From a virus (lineage: Duplodnaviria > Caudoviricetes): a DNA stretch of 58,423 bases. The stretch spans positions 1-58,423 of the IMG/VR virus record IMGVR_UViG_3300023174_000191; one strand, written 5' to 3'. The translations under genes and the position numbers were made by a program. Below are positions 21,401-31,206 of this stretch, piece by piece (position 1 is the stretch's first letter; every line of letters begins with the position of its first letter). Below the pieces are notes generated by a model. It saw only the letters and a list, made by a program, of their open reading frames with translations. It was not told the DNA's origin and made no database searches.

Positions 21401-22525
21401 TGAATATAAAGCACTTCCTGTATTTTCAAAAAATAAGTATTTTTCAAAATCGTCAAACCCAGAAACTACTGTATTTCGTTTAGTATAAGTGTCTTGAATA
21501 TTAACATCAATAATATCTGTATTTTCTATAGATTTTAAAGATTCTAACTGACTTGAAAAATATTCAATTAATTCAAGTTTATATTTAAAATTCTTAACTC
21601 GCTCTACTGCAGAACCATAATGTATAAAGTTAGAAAAATCTCTATAATTAATATTTAATTTAATTCCAGATAATGACCCTGAAAAATAAGAATCTATTAA
21701 TTGTTGTGAAGTAGACATATTTTCTGATAGTAAATCATTCCAAGATTTAAAATCAGTTGCAATTGAACCTCCGTCAGTACCTTCTAATTCAAAGTTAGGG
21801 CCTGCTAAATTAGTTACTGGGTCTCCTATAAATTTAGGTACGATAGAAACAGACTCTATTATAGGAACTAAAATTTCTTCAGAAATCCAAATTTTAGATT
21901 TTTCTCCAAATCTAGAAGGAAGTGGCTCGTATAATTTAGCGACAATTTCAGGAATGTCAGAATCAGTATCAAATCTTAAATTAATAATTTGATATGTATC
22001 ATTGAACCCGAAATTAATAACAAAAGAGTCAAAAATATCATTACGTAATAAATCTTCCCATCTAGATTTAAGTGCGCTTAATTGCTGAACTAGCCCAGGA
22101 CTATTTTGTGATAATTGTATTCTTAACTCTCGTCTAGAAGGAGATATTTCTTTTATAAAAACTTTTTGCCCTTCATAAGAGCCTAAAAGATTATCAAATA
22201 AATTATATACAATTTTATATTGACCTCTAGTAACTCCTAAAGCTTCTAACTCTTTTACATTGTCAATTGATAAATGTTGGTATGCTACCTTTTGAGAGGT
22301 AGTATCATTATTTTCAATTGAATATAAAGTTTTATGATTTCCTGTTAAATATACACCGTCAGGCGTATAAACGTGCATTTCTAAATTAGGCTGAGCACCT
22401 TTATTGAATGTAACAGAAAAATTTCTTACATCTAAAAGTTCTTTATCAACAGTTTCTAACCGAGACCCTTGAGTAGCCCCGGTTGATTTTAGAATTTCAT
22501 TCTGGTTTTTGTAAACTGTTAGCAT
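18434..22525 (-). CDS. Large baseplate wedge protein (gpI/gp7-like) with LamG-like region
   Basis: LPYILKTKGTSRAIKAL resembles the KGT..AI motif of P2 gpI-like wedge proteins; WHTI...FKGHIHEIRFW is LamG-like. Confidence 0.65.
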   Translation of the reverse strand: MLTVYKNQNEILKSTGATQGSRLETVDKELLDVRNFSVTFNKGAQPNLEMHVYTPDGVYLTGNHKTLYSIENNDTTSQKVAYQHLSIDNVKELEALGVTRGQYKIVYNLFDNLLGSYEGQKVFIKEISPSRRELRIQLSQNSPGLVQQLSALKSRWEDLLRNDIFDSFVINFGFNDTYQIINLRFDTDSDIPEIVAKLYEPLPSRFGEKSKIWISEEILVPIIESVSIVPKFIGDPVTNLAGPNFELEGTDGGSIATDFKSWNDLLSENMSTSQQLIDSYFSGSLSGIKLNINYRDFSNFIHYGSAVERVKNFKYKLELIEYFSSQLESLKSIENTDIIDVNIQDTYTKRNTVVSGFDDFEKYLFFENTGSALYSHVDNTSGSINPWPKKGISSTSYTWAAAYEFWDQAYTTWNAYASYDPYSYFADQVEINSVQGSAYYYDLLEQAEIYDKFNVHALTNTVPLQIQNSSDGEDYALFVNMISQHFDILWTYINNLTAIKYREEHPKDGMPDDLLYHVAESMGFSLLNGKSTSELWKYSLGTNADGTINSDDIPLITTLSDESNTKEVWRRIVNNLPYILKTKGTSRAIKALVTCFGIPQSVLTIKEYGGPSTFTDADHFPEYVHDVYHKAWLANGSSYVTAKTYAEGTPLPDTLEFRFKTDNNFVYDFGQSYNLVEIINSSSLARYQILLSRDNTYNNLGSIILYSHDAQTITIPGLEIFDNSWHTITIEKVNTTSATVKVSKALYGKSIYIKSGSLNNSLIAPIGAEGYVYQFANNNNGFVSTIPSPQKFKGHIHEIRFWSGSLDDNTLIEHTQSPASYTYDVNRNITTTGEEALKPYNHLLQRYTLSTTEVENTNRQYPTQPNSTLYTKATSLNYLTISDPSNFVLEGFEETYYTPSPSLGGSSLYTNKVRIESSSLDVNKRLNTKTRIEKSSFDRYSLDSNRVGVYFSPQTAINEDIFNQLGYFEIDDYIGDPGDTYSESYNELTNFAKNYWLKYENRNDFEAYFRALEIYDFTLFKYIKKMLPQRSNAVVGLVVEPNVLERSRVRLNRKPTIEDLTHETVIAQFDLPMGMEYEDLEGEVDEMIAPPAIDFDDDRQGILNGVIINPDIDYDNIDIGEFSGITVNPNIDYDDLNIGELSGIILEPFMQYDADKLATLENILPVFTESAVIKSKDTEGLIDTLPVLTDSTIIKSKDSSITIKPTTAGTISDIPKSTVLTKIDTINKTGNAWIQNRYIGQYKLTQSGSYTPIQKFISGSTQSNSLQKTNLFYSSAASASAQQPYSSSYSFADVHRETSAGWRNARYVGCKLTATAINVNSTQTVDGGPVVKVTKVNPNKIVFANGQLTTIDEATTGIKKKSI

Positions 22526-22543
22526 TTATATTTTGTCTTTAAT

Positions 22544-22552
22544 ATAAATATC
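22544..22552 (-). promoter_or_regulatory. Putative late promoter (GATATTTAT)
   Basis: Motif 19 nt upstream of the ATG at 22525. Confidence 0.6.
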
Positions 22553-22577
22553 TAAGTTTGTTATTCTAGGTAGAATT

Positions 22578-24560
22578 TTATAATCTAGTTGACCATATGT
22601 CCGAACCATCTGATGAAGTTAATGTAAATATTCCGTCATCATCAATAGTAGCTTTTGCTGACCAGCCAACTTTATTTCTGCCAGAACCGTAAACTATATC
22701 CCAATTTTGCATTATTCGTTCACTGTCATAGTTCACTAAAGGAAATCCAGGATTCCATGTTCCATACAAAACTCCATCTTTTTCATATACATCTGGATTC
22801 TCAATTGATAATTTCGAAATACTAGGAGATACATCTCTATTAGCAGGATCATTATAAAATCCTGCTTGTATTTTTTGTAAATCTGGAATTGTTATATCAA
22901 CTGAGTATGTAGATTTTAACTTATTAGATATTTTAGTAGCTTCTAAAACAAATGTTGCAATTTTATTTGCTTTAAATTCATCAAAATCATTCCAAATTTC
23001 TTCTTTTTCAGCAGCGGTATATTTAGGTACCTCACTAAATACATCAACTCTTCCGTTGCGATTTTGAAGATATTCACGTAAATTAGCAGCTTGACGAGTG
23101 CCGGTAACAACTCTTTTTGTTTTCTTAACTTCATTAAATGCATCATTAAAAGCATCAGTTATAGAAGTTTTAGTAGCAGAATTAATTTTATCAATTTCAA
23201 TATCTGACCATGCCTTACCATTAACTAGATTTTGACTGAAATCGCCTGGTCTATTATTTGCAGTAAACTTCATTGCATAATTAGTTTCTAAAAAATCAAT
23301 AGTTCTATCTATATTATTACGGAAATTTTTAATATGTGATAGCACTTTTGCTGAATACTCTTTCCAGGCTGCAGCTTGTTGTACCGGAGATAAATTAGGT
23401 ACATCACTAAATACGTCGACTGTTGTTCTACCACGCCATTTTATAATTGTACGAGTACCTGTTTTAACAGAATGCGTTGCAGAAACTAATGCTTTTGTAG
23501 CTGCAAAATCATCCGCAATTGCTTTCTTTAAAGTATCATTAATTACTTTAATCCTACCATTTACCCAAGGATCAGCTTGAGGTCTAGCATTAAGTATAGA
23601 ATCCGGTATCCATTTATTTGCATAAATAGCATAAATTTCTAATTGACCATCATCTCCTTCTATCCATCTATGAGTTCTCGTACCTAATGCATATTCAGCT
23701 CGACCAAATTTTTGCCAATGCTCTTTTCCAGAGCTAGTGCCAGTTTTTCCATATAAAGCATCATTAGCTACGTCAGGATTAAGATAATAATAATTTGATT
23801 CTGGAGTGTATCCTTCGGGTAATGACCCTGGATTAATTTTCATTCCAAAATATAGAGGAGTTCCGTATTTTGCTGACGATGCTTGTATAGCTTCTGCATT
23901 TCCAATTTGATATATTTTTTTAATTTTCGCACCTGGAACAGGTTTACCGTAAATGTCAAATTTACCTACATAAATACAAAAATATCCGTTAGGTTCTAAA
24001 ACTCCTATTGCTTTTCTATTATCAGATAATAATCTATTAGTATTTTGAAAATCGTCTGAAGGTGCTGTTTCATATGAAGAATATAAATCAAATCGTTTAC
24101 CAACTTCAATATTATTAACTATTTTATTTACATAATCAACTACAGTAGGATCGGCAAGTATACTTGATAAATTTATTTGACCTTCTAATGTATTAATATG
24201 TTCTGATAATCTATTTATTTTTTCAGTATCAGATTGATTAGTAGCTTGTAATTCTGCTTTAGCTCCTTCTAATTCAGCAATTTTATTAGATAAATCAGTT
24301 ATAATATCATCTAAATTTCCCGGTAGAAATTCTTTGATTTCAATATCAACTACTCTATTAAATTTATCTTGAGATACCTTAGTAGTATTTAAGTTTATAA
24401 ACTTTCTAGATTGACTTAAATCTTTATTAATATCAATAACTGTCTGTCCTACCGTATTTTTTTCGTATGAAGCGTATTTTATATTTTCTACTTTTGAAGG
24501 TATAATTTCTCCAGTAAATACTTTATCTTTATCAAATTCATGTAATTTGTATATTGCCAT
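22578..24560 (-). CDS. Putative virion protein with coiled coil, internal repeat and lectin-like segments
   Basis: Long ORF in the baseplate operon; duplicated VDVFS(D/E)VP unit; bulb-lectin-like ends. Confidence 0.6.
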   Translation of the reverse strand: MAIYKLHEFDKDKVFTGEIIPSKVENIKYASYEKNTVGQTVIDINKDLSQSRKFINLNTTKVSQDKFNRVVDIEIKEFLPGNLDDIITDLSNKIAELEGAKAELQATNQSDTEKINRLSEHINTLEGQINLSSILADPTVVDYVNKIVNNIEVGKRFDLYSSYETAPSDDFQNTNRLLSDNRKAIGVLEPNGYFCIYVGKFDIYGKPVPGAKIKKIYQIGNAEAIQASSAKYGTPLYFGMKINPGSLPEGYTPESNYYYLNPDVANDALYGKTGTSSGKEHWQKFGRAEYALGTRTHRWIEGDDGQLEIYAIYANKWIPDSILNARPQADPWVNGRIKVINDTLKKAIADDFAATKALVSATHSVKTGTRTIIKWRGRTTVDVFSDVPNLSPVQQAAAWKEYSAKVLSHIKNFRNNIDRTIDFLETNYAMKFTANNRPGDFSQNLVNGKAWSDIEIDKINSATKTSITDAFNDAFNEVKKTKRVVTGTRQAANLREYLQNRNGRVDVFSEVPKYTAAEKEEIWNDFDEFKANKIATFVLEATKISNKLKSTYSVDITIPDLQKIQAGFYNDPANRDVSPSISKLSIENPDVYEKDGVLYGTWNPGFPLVNYDSERIMQNWDIVYGSGRNKVGWSAKATIDDDGIFTLTSSDGSDIWSTRL

Positions 24561-24561
24561 T

Positions 24562-25668
24562 TTATTTAACTATTTTAAAAATAAATTCATTTGAAGAAAA
24601 GTATTCTGTAAAATCTGTGAAATTTGCTTGAATTTCAAATTTATAATATCTCTCAGGATACATCATTGTAGTATAAAAATCAAAATAACTTCCTGAAGTA
24701 TTTGTATTGAGTTTTGTTGATTCGCTATATGGTATAATAATTTGGTCATTATGCGCGTCTTTAATTTGATAATATGAATTTCTTGGTAATGCTTTAATTC
24801 CAGCAAAAGTTGAATTTTGTGTAAATGCAGGTCTAGGATATTTAGGTCGTGCAGCAATTAAAATTCTATTCTTTTTATCTTTAATAAATTCTGCATTGAA
24901 AGATCTTACATATACGATAGGATCATCTTCATACGTCATTTGAGTTAATGAACCTGTGTTATAAGTTAAACTTCCTGTCCAACTAATATATAAATGAGGT
25001 TCATATACAGTGTGAGTATCTGAAGAGTGAATTTGTATATTTGTTAAAGGTGTATTTGAACCTGTTAAAGTTGAGTTCTTATATGATATTACTACTCCAT
25101 TATTAGTATACACATTATTTACCCAATTTTTTACTAATGTAGTAATATCTAAATTAATAGTATCTTGAGTTTTATAATTAAATGACTGCGATGCTATTGA
25201 CGCTGTAAACCACGCACCGCCTCCTGCAGTTTCATTATATTGTATAGCAGTACCCGAGCCTGAAGTCCATTGTGCAGAACCTGTTCCTTGAGTAGTTATC
25301 CATGTAGCTCCATCTGTAGTTGATAGTTGGTTTTGAATTCCTGCTGGAAAGTAATGATATCCCGAACCGTTAGTCCAACTATTTGACAATGCTTTGGCTT
25401 CTATTGTATATGTAGCAGGTAATTCATATTCTTGAGCTGTATATAATTTTAAACTAGCAGATATATCATTTATAGAAATACCATTTTGTGATAAAATTGT
25501 AGGTAGATCTGAAATATCAAATTTCATTAATATTCTAGATTCAGTTAAATCACTTGTAGTTGAATCTCCTTCTTTTCGAAGTTCTAATATTTGATCAAGC
25601 CCCGCATTTCTATACGGATCTTTTTCATATATGGTTGTATCTTGTAATGCTGGTATTGACCAAATCAT
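24562..25668 (-). CDS. Virion protein with DNRLRE-like domain
   Basis: DTTIYE...NAG...ESRILMKFDIS...ASLKLY...W..NNGV...EP.L.I.W pattern. Confidence 0.6.
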   Translation of the reverse strand: MIWSIPALQDTTIYEKDPYRNAGLDQILELRKEGDSTTSDLTESRILMKFDISDLPTILSQNGISINDISASLKLYTAQEYELPATYTIEAKALSNSWTNGSGYHYFPAGIQNQLSTTDGATWITTQGTGSAQWTSGSGTAIQYNETAGGGAWFTASIASQSFNYKTQDTINLDITTLVKNWVNNVYTNNGVVISYKNSTLTGSNTPLTNIQIHSSDTHTVYEPHLYISWTGSLTYNTGSLTQMTYEDDPIVYVRSFNAEFIKDKKNRILIAARPKYPRPAFTQNSTFAGIKALPRNSYYQIKDAHNDQIIIPYSESTKLNTNTSGSYFDFYTTMMYPERYYKFEIQANFTDFTEYFSSNEFIFKIVK

Positions 25669-25679
25669 AATTTATTTTT

Positions 25680-27554
25680 TTATAGAGAAACGACTTTACC
25701 TACTATATCTGAATTAGGATATTTTACTTCAAAAACACTTGGATCTAAAGAAGGATAAATTACTCCTGCTTTTGTTGCTGCTGCAATATCATATACATTT
25801 CCTGAATACCCGTCTGTAGTATTATATAAATTTAATATTTTTACAGAAGTTACAGATTGAACTCCTTCTACTCTATCTAATTCAGTATATATTTTAGATA
25901 AAACAATTGGCTGGTTAATTTGCCATAATTTGCTATCAAATGTTGTTTTTAATTTATCAACACATTTGATTAATACTTCATTTGAGTTGTATTCAGGTAA
26001 AGTAATAATTTCAAACGTAACTCCAATATTAATAACATACGCTGTTTTTATATTAATAGCATCAGTTAACATTCTATATTGACTAATATACGTTTTTAAA
26101 TTTTCTTTAACTGCAGGATTCAGTCCAACTAAATTTCCATCTTTATTATAACCTAAAGTATATAGATTAATTGCTAATGGATTAGGAACCATCTCCTGAC
26201 CATTATCAGGATTAATTTGTTGATCTTGAATTACATAAGCTTTTGCTACTGAACCAAATTTAGGAGGTAATGAATAGCATCTTATTATATAATCTTGAGC
26301 AGTGATTGCTCTCTGTTGAGTAGCAAATGTACCCATTGCATTTTGTCTAATTTCTTCTAAAGTTTCTTCACTTTTGCCTCCTGCTGCAGGGCTAGGATTA
26401 GTACATGCAACTGAAGATTTTATTCTAGAAACTAATGTAGCATCTAAATTTTGTGAGTCTATTTGATATTCAATAGAAGTAATATTTTTCAATGTACCAG
26501 CAGCGACATTAGATTTAATACCTCCTCCGGTTGTATATTTAACAGTTAATGTTGTATTAGAAGGAGCTAAACCATATGTTTTAGTATACATAAAGTTTGA
26601 AGGATCTATAGGATGATCAAATTGAATTTGTAATCCACTTAAACTAGAACCTACATTATCTGGATTAGGAATTAATTCTTCATCATCATTATCAGATACT
26701 CCCGGACCAAATTGAATTTCTAAATTTTTGTCTGAACGAAATTTAGTTATAAATCGTCTAGCTGTTTTCTTTAATTTTAAAAGATATGGAATGTCATTGT
26801 ATTGAGATAACTCTGGATCATTTTGTACTGTATTTGCAATTGTTTCAAATACCATATCCTGAGCTAAAAAAGGAACTTCAGTCCAACTATTATTATCTGA
26901 ATCTGTTATAGACATTACTTCTATAATATCAGTATCTTCGATTAATATTTTATCAAATCTTTTAGCATTTCCAAATTCAAACGTTTTAGTTTGAATCGTA
27001 CCTGCTATTGATTTAACTTTTTTCTTTAATAAATAATATTCAGGAGTGTTATCAATATCGTTAACTTGATATACAGATACTTCTGTTGGGTTAAGGCTAC
27101 TTGATACTGAAAAATTTACTAAAGATAATGTTCTAAATTCAGAGTTAGATTTATCATCTCTAATAATCATGTTTTCTTTTAATGTTAAAGCATATGCCCA
27201 ATCAGGTGCTTTACCTTCAGCTGTATTCTTAGCTGGTAATAATTGAAATACGTCAATATCTACAGTTGCTGGAATTGTATTTTTAGTTTTATATCCAACA
27301 TTTTGCGCTAATGCTAAAATATTTGGTCTATTATCTGCATATTGCAAAAACGATTCTTTTAATTGATTATCTGTATAATATGATAAGACATCTCCAACAT
27401 AAGATGCCATTTCTATAAACATCATACCAGGAGAAGTTTCATTAAAGTCGTTGTAAGTATCTGGAAAATAATTCTTTGCAAACTCTATTAAGTTTGCTCT
27501 AAATTGTCCAAAATCTTTGTTAAGATATCTTATATCTTTTTTAGTTTGTGCCAT
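25680..27554 (-). CDS. Baseplate wedge protein (T4 gp6/baseplate J-like)
   Basis: DF..FR.NLI...Y.DFNE.SPG...YVGDVLSYY.D; AAGG..EETLEEIR.NA...F.TQ.RAIT..DY. Confidence 0.9.
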   Translation of the reverse strand: MAQTKKDIRYLNKDFGQFRANLIEFAKNYFPDTYNDFNETSPGMMFIEMASYVGDVLSYYTDNQLKESFLQYADNRPNILALAQNVGYKTKNTIPATVDIDVFQLLPAKNTAEGKAPDWAYALTLKENMIIRDDKSNSEFRTLSLVNFSVSSSLNPTEVSVYQVNDIDNTPEYYLLKKKVKSIAGTIQTKTFEFGNAKRFDKILIEDTDIIEVMSITDSDNNSWTEVPFLAQDMVFETIANTVQNDPELSQYNDIPYLLKLKKTARRFITKFRSDKNLEIQFGPGVSDNDDEELIPNPDNVGSSLSGLQIQFDHPIDPSNFMYTKTYGLAPSNTTLTVKYTTGGGIKSNVAAGTLKNITSIEYQIDSQNLDATLVSRIKSSVACTNPSPAAGGKSEETLEEIRQNAMGTFATQQRAITAQDYIIRCYSLPPKFGSVAKAYVIQDQQINPDNGQEMVPNPLAINLYTLGYNKDGNLVGLNPAVKENLKTYISQYRMLTDAINIKTAYVINIGVTFEIITLPEYNSNEVLIKCVDKLKTTFDSKLWQINQPIVLSKIYTELDRVEGVQSVTSVKILNLYNTTDGYSGNVYDIAAATKAGVIYPSLDPSVFEVKYPNSDIVGKVVSL

Positions 27555-27555
27555 A

Positions 27556-28005
27556 TTATATTAATTCAATTGAATTTGCTGTTACTAAAAATGTAATGAT
27601 TTGTTCTGATTTTTGACCATTTAATAAAACTGTAATTGATACTGATACTCCATGATCTTCTTGATTTCCTAAAACTGCTATTACTGGATCTACTGTTAAT
27701 GTGTCAATACTAACATATGGCAACCAAAATTTAACTGCATCTTGTATAGAATTTCTAATAGAAGTTGTTAACAATTCTGTATTTTGTTCGAATAAAGAAT
27801 CTTGTAATGTAGTTCCGAATTCAGGCTGCATTATACGTTCTCCTTTTCTAGTAAGAATTAAATTTTTTAAATTTGAAATTACTTGATCTTCCGTTGAATA
27901 AGATAACTCGAATAGAACTCCATCAGATCTTAACATAGGAAGTTTAATTCCTACTGCTACATCAGGAAGTAAATCAATCGTATTATATCTTTTTTCGTAT
28001 GACAT
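27556..28005 (-). CDS. Baseplate wedge subunit (gp25/GpW-like)
   Basis: NLKNLILTRKGERIMQPEFG..L...LFE...W.PYV signature. Confidence 0.92.
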   Translation of the reverse strand: MSYEKRYNTIDLLPDVAVGIKLPMLRSDGVLFELSYSTEDQVISNLKNLILTRKGERIMQPEFGTTLQDSLFEQNTELLTTSIRNSIQDAVKFWLPYVSIDTLTVDPVIAVLGNQEDHGVSVSITVLLNGQKSEQIITFLVTANSIELI

Positions 28006-28487
28006 TATAGTCCTTTTTTCTTATCAATTGCTTTCATTAAAGCTGAATAGTCTTTTGTGATTGCATTAACTACTTCTTCAGGAACATTTGCTGGATTAAT
28101 CGGTCTACCTTCAGGATCAACTGATGGTATTGCAGCTGCTTTTGACATTGCCAATGAAGGTCTAGCTCCCATTTGCATTGTAGGCCATTCATCAAAATCT
28201 CCACTATAATCAACCATACTTTCGTTTATTGAAGCGTAAGGATTTTCAGAACGAAACCCACCTGTTTCATTTAAAATATCATTAAGCATAGAATTTTTTG
28301 TAAATTGTTGCTTTGGTTTAGGTTTAGGTTTATAAGCGTTAGTGTATGTAGGAGTAGCCTCTTGTTTAACAGGTCTTTTTGTTTCTGTAATTACGGAACC
28401 ATAATGTTTTAACTCTGTACGTACTGCTGTCGAAACTTCTTCACGAATTACTTTTCGAAGCGCTTGTATAAAATCTTTTGAGTTCAT
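28005..28487 (-). CDS. Hypothetical protein
   Basis: Translationally coupled ORF in the baseplate operon. Confidence 0.7.
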   Translation of the reverse strand: MNSKDFIQALRKVIREEVSTAVRTELKHYGSVITETKRPVKQEATPTYTNAYKPKPKPKQQFTKNSMLNDILNETGGFRSENPYASINESMVDYSGDFDEWPTMQMGARPSLAMSKAAAIPSVDPEGRPINPANVPEEVVNAITKDYSALMKAIDKKKGL

Positions 28488-28532
28488 ATTATTCTTTTTA
28501 ATAATTATTTAGTTTATTAATTTACTAGTATT

Positions 28533-29669
28533 TTATGATTTTTTCGTAAATGAAATATCACTTAATAAAGAAGGTATTTTTGCTTTTAAAGAAGCTATCT
28601 TTCCCCATTGAGGGTCTGATTTAGTAGGAGCGCAGGGACCGACAGGAGATATATCAGTTAATGCTCCAATTGCATCTATTAAATCTTCCATCCACGATTT
28701 CCATTTATTACCTAAAATTAATGGCTCAGATGAATTAGTACCTAATTCCATCTTTTTAGCATTGACAGATACCATATCTTTAGCGTCAATTGTAATAGCA
28801 GTTTCAGATGATAATGCAATACCTTTCTTAGCAAACGCTATAATTTCTTTTTGAAAACTATTAAATACAATTCTACCCGATGATATTAAAGTTTGCGGAG
28901 TCGTTCCCCAATTTTCATCTTTCCAAGAAGTTAAACTATATTTGTTAGTAGATGACAATACTTTAGAAGCTTGTTCGAATTCTATATTTTGACCAGAAGC
29001 TTGAACTATTACATTATCTTCTTTGTTGAAGTCTTCAGTAATAAATCCATTTATCTTACCTCCTTTTTCTTGTACAGAATTTCTGAATATAGTAATAGGA
29101 GCGGCAGGTTTACCATTTGACCATTTAGGTTGCACAGTAAATTTACCAGATTTAGGCGTTGTAGAAAATCTAATTGAATTTCCATATCGACCTTCAATTA
29201 ACATATCACCTATATAATGTTGTAATGGCTGAACTTTATCATTTTCTGTAAAGTTATCGTCTACTTTTGGGTCTTTAGGTTTATTAGTATTTCCAGCTGC
29301 TGCAGAATTATAATTTCCAGCATCGCCAGAAGTCATATTTTTTTGTACTGTTTTAGCAGTTTGAGTTGGTAATGAATTATGATGTATACTAGATTGTAAA
29401 GATACTACATCTAAATAATAATTGTCACTAGTATTTCTAATTGAAGTACCATATGATGACGGTCCTTTAATTAATAGAACAGCTTCACCTACAATAGGTA
29501 TTCTTAAAAATCCAATATTTAATGGCTTTGCAGTTATAGTAGTAACTTCAGCAACGTCAGATGCTGGACCTCCTCCTAATTCTTTTACTTTTAAACCGTA
29601 TATTAAATTAGGTTTGTCATCATTATAGATAACTTCTAAAACTTCCCCGGCTGAGATTTCATATTTCAT
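28533..29669 (-). CDS. Baseplate hub/central spike protein (gp5-like)
   Basis: N-terminal OB-like P.VGE.V.L; GDMLIEGRYGNSIRF; beta-helix-like C-terminus ending EPLILG. Confidence 0.6.
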   Translation of the reverse strand: MKYEISAGEVLEVIYNDDKPNLIYGLKVKELGGGPASDVAEVTTITAKPLNIGFLRIPIVGEAVLLIKGPSSYGTSIRNTSDNYYLDVVSLQSSIHHNSLPTQTAKTVQKNMTSGDAGNYNSAAAGNTNKPKDPKVDDNFTENDKVQPLQHYIGDMLIEGRYGNSIRFSTTPKSGKFTVQPKWSNGKPAAPITIFRNSVQEKGGKINGFITEDFNKEDNVIVQASGQNIEFEQASKVLSSTNKYSLTSWKDENWGTTPQTLISSGRIVFNSFQKEIIAFAKKGIALSSETAITIDAKDMVSVNAKKMELGTNSSEPLILGNKWKSWMEDLIDAIGALTDISPVGPCAPTKSDPQWGKIASLKAKIPSLLSDISFTKKS

Positions 29670-29670
29670 A

Positions 29671-30105
29671 TTAATTCAATCCGTCTATAATATCGTTAAG
29701 TTCAGCTTCTATTTGTTCCTGCTGTGAAGCTAAATCAACTACTTTTTTGTTAATTACTTCTTCATCCTGTGCAAGTCCATCTAACTCCCCTAGAAGTTGT
29801 TTCTTTTCTTCTTCAGATAGAATCCAAGAATTTCCAGTATCAGTTTGTACTCTATTGTTAGTAGAAACTAACCGTTGGACTACAGCGGCTAGTTTTACAA
29901 GGTGTTCGTCATTCTTAACACCTACTTCTATATATTCTTTGATTAAAGGTACAATTACTGTTGCGTCCCCTATGTTTTTAATTAGTGGTCTTAATTCACC
30001 AATTAACATATTAATCTGACGGTCTTTTTTAGAACTGTTAGAGTAAATGTCTTTCATCAAATCGGAAAATTTCTTTCCTTTAAAAATTTCTATATCAAAA
30101 TCCAT
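29671..30105 (-). CDS. Hypothetical helical protein
   Basis: 144-aa ORF preceded by the late-promoter motif at 30119-30127. Confidence 0.7.
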   Translation of the reverse strand: MDFDIEIFKGKKFSDLMKDIYSNSSKKDRQINMLIGELRPLIKNIGDATVIVPLIKEYIEVGVKNDEHLVKLAAVVQRLVSTNNRVQTDTGNSWILSEEEKKQLLGELDGLAQDEEVINKKVVDLASQQEQIEAELNDIIDGLN

Positions 30106-30128
30106 AAATTCCTTTAAAATAAATATCT

Positions 30129-30944
30129 TTATTCTAGGAATTCTGATTTTTTAAATTTTGCTTTATCTAAAGAAATATTTCCAGTATGTTTATATGTAAA
30201 ATACATTTCAGCATAAGCATTTTTCATTGCATTTACTACCCTTGTAATGTATTGAGTTTTGACTCCGGTTCTATCTCTAATTAAAATGTATAAAGCTTTT
30301 TTGTTGAAGTTTTCAATATTCTCTCTATTTCTAAATAACTCTAAAACTGAATCGGCTACTTGAATATCTGCTTGCTTTTTAAATAACACGTTTAAATTGT
30401 TATCCATATATTCTACAAACAAATCCATAAACTCTTTCTTTTCAGCTACTTCCTCTTCTCTTAAGACTTCATTGATAATATTTCTTTGATCATCAATTGC
30501 TTCAGTCGGCTCAGTATTTTTAAATTTGTTATAATTTGCATTATTATGAATAATCAAATAATTTTTTGCAATAATAGAAAAATACGAAAATGCCTTACCT
30601 TTATTTGGATCGACATACTTATGTATTTTTTCATTTAAAAAAGCTACCACTTCATGTTTCACATCTTCATAAGGAACATCAAAGTGATAAAATTTAAAAG
30701 TATGAATAATATTCTCTACTAGCTTATCAAATGGATATTTAATTTCAGCATCATATAATCTATTACGCTCATATTCATTTTCTAACTGATTATACAATAG
30801 AATTGCATTTTCTGTTTCTTTAGTAAAGTATTGTTTATTTTTAGGTTTACGTCCCCTCGTTTTAGGTTCCGTAACTTCTGTAATAACTTCAGCTACGGGA
30901 GCTTCAATTATTAATTCTTCTACATTATCGCTCATACGCTTCAT
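30129..30944 (-). CDS. Late-transcription sigma factor (T4 gp55-like)
   Basis: KNKQYF..., DVKHEVV...KY.DPNKGKAFSYFSIIAKN resembles the sigma region 2 of gp55-like proteins. Confidence 0.65.
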   Translation of the reverse strand: MKRMSDNVEELIIEAPVAEVITEVTEPKTRGRKPKNKQYFTKETENAILLYNQLENEYERNRLYDAEIKYPFDKLVENIIHTFKFYHFDVPYEDVKHEVVAFLNEKIHKYVDPNKGKAFSYFSIIAKNYLIIHNNANYNKFKNTEPTEAIDDQRNIINEVLREEEVAEKKEFMDLFVEYMDNNLNVLFKKQADIQVADSVLELFRNRENIENFNKKALYILIRDRTGVKTQYITRVVNAMKNAYAEMYFTYKHTGNISLDKAKFKKSEFLE

Positions 30945-31206
30945 TTATTGTATTAGTTAAATCATCTGCTAGATCTTTGATTTCTTTAAATACAAAACCA
31001 ACTTCGTCATCAGCTTCAAATGACCCCTTAATATCAATTTCTTTTAATTGTACTTGAACATCTAATACCTTTTCTCTGACTACATCAACTACATCTATAT
31101 AAAAAGATACTTGATCTTCTAATTGTTCTAATTGTTTTAATAAATTAATAATGCCATAAGTTCCTATGGCTATAACTAAAGACAATATACATATTACTGT
31201 TATCAT
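30925..31206 (-). CDS. Small membrane-anchored coiled-coil protein
   Basis: N-terminal hydrophobic helix followed by heptad repeats. Confidence 0.65.
   Translation of the reverse strand: MITVICILSLVIAIGTYGIINLLKQLEQLEDQVSFYIDVVDVVREKVLDVQVQLKEIDIKGSFEADDEVGFVFKEIKDLADDLTNTINEAYER

Noticed and set aside
12875-24857. Nested minus-strand ORFs 12875..13075, 22943..23155 and 24663..24857
   Set aside because: Out-of-frame ORFs inside long genes, with Leu/Met-rich composition typical of alternative frames.
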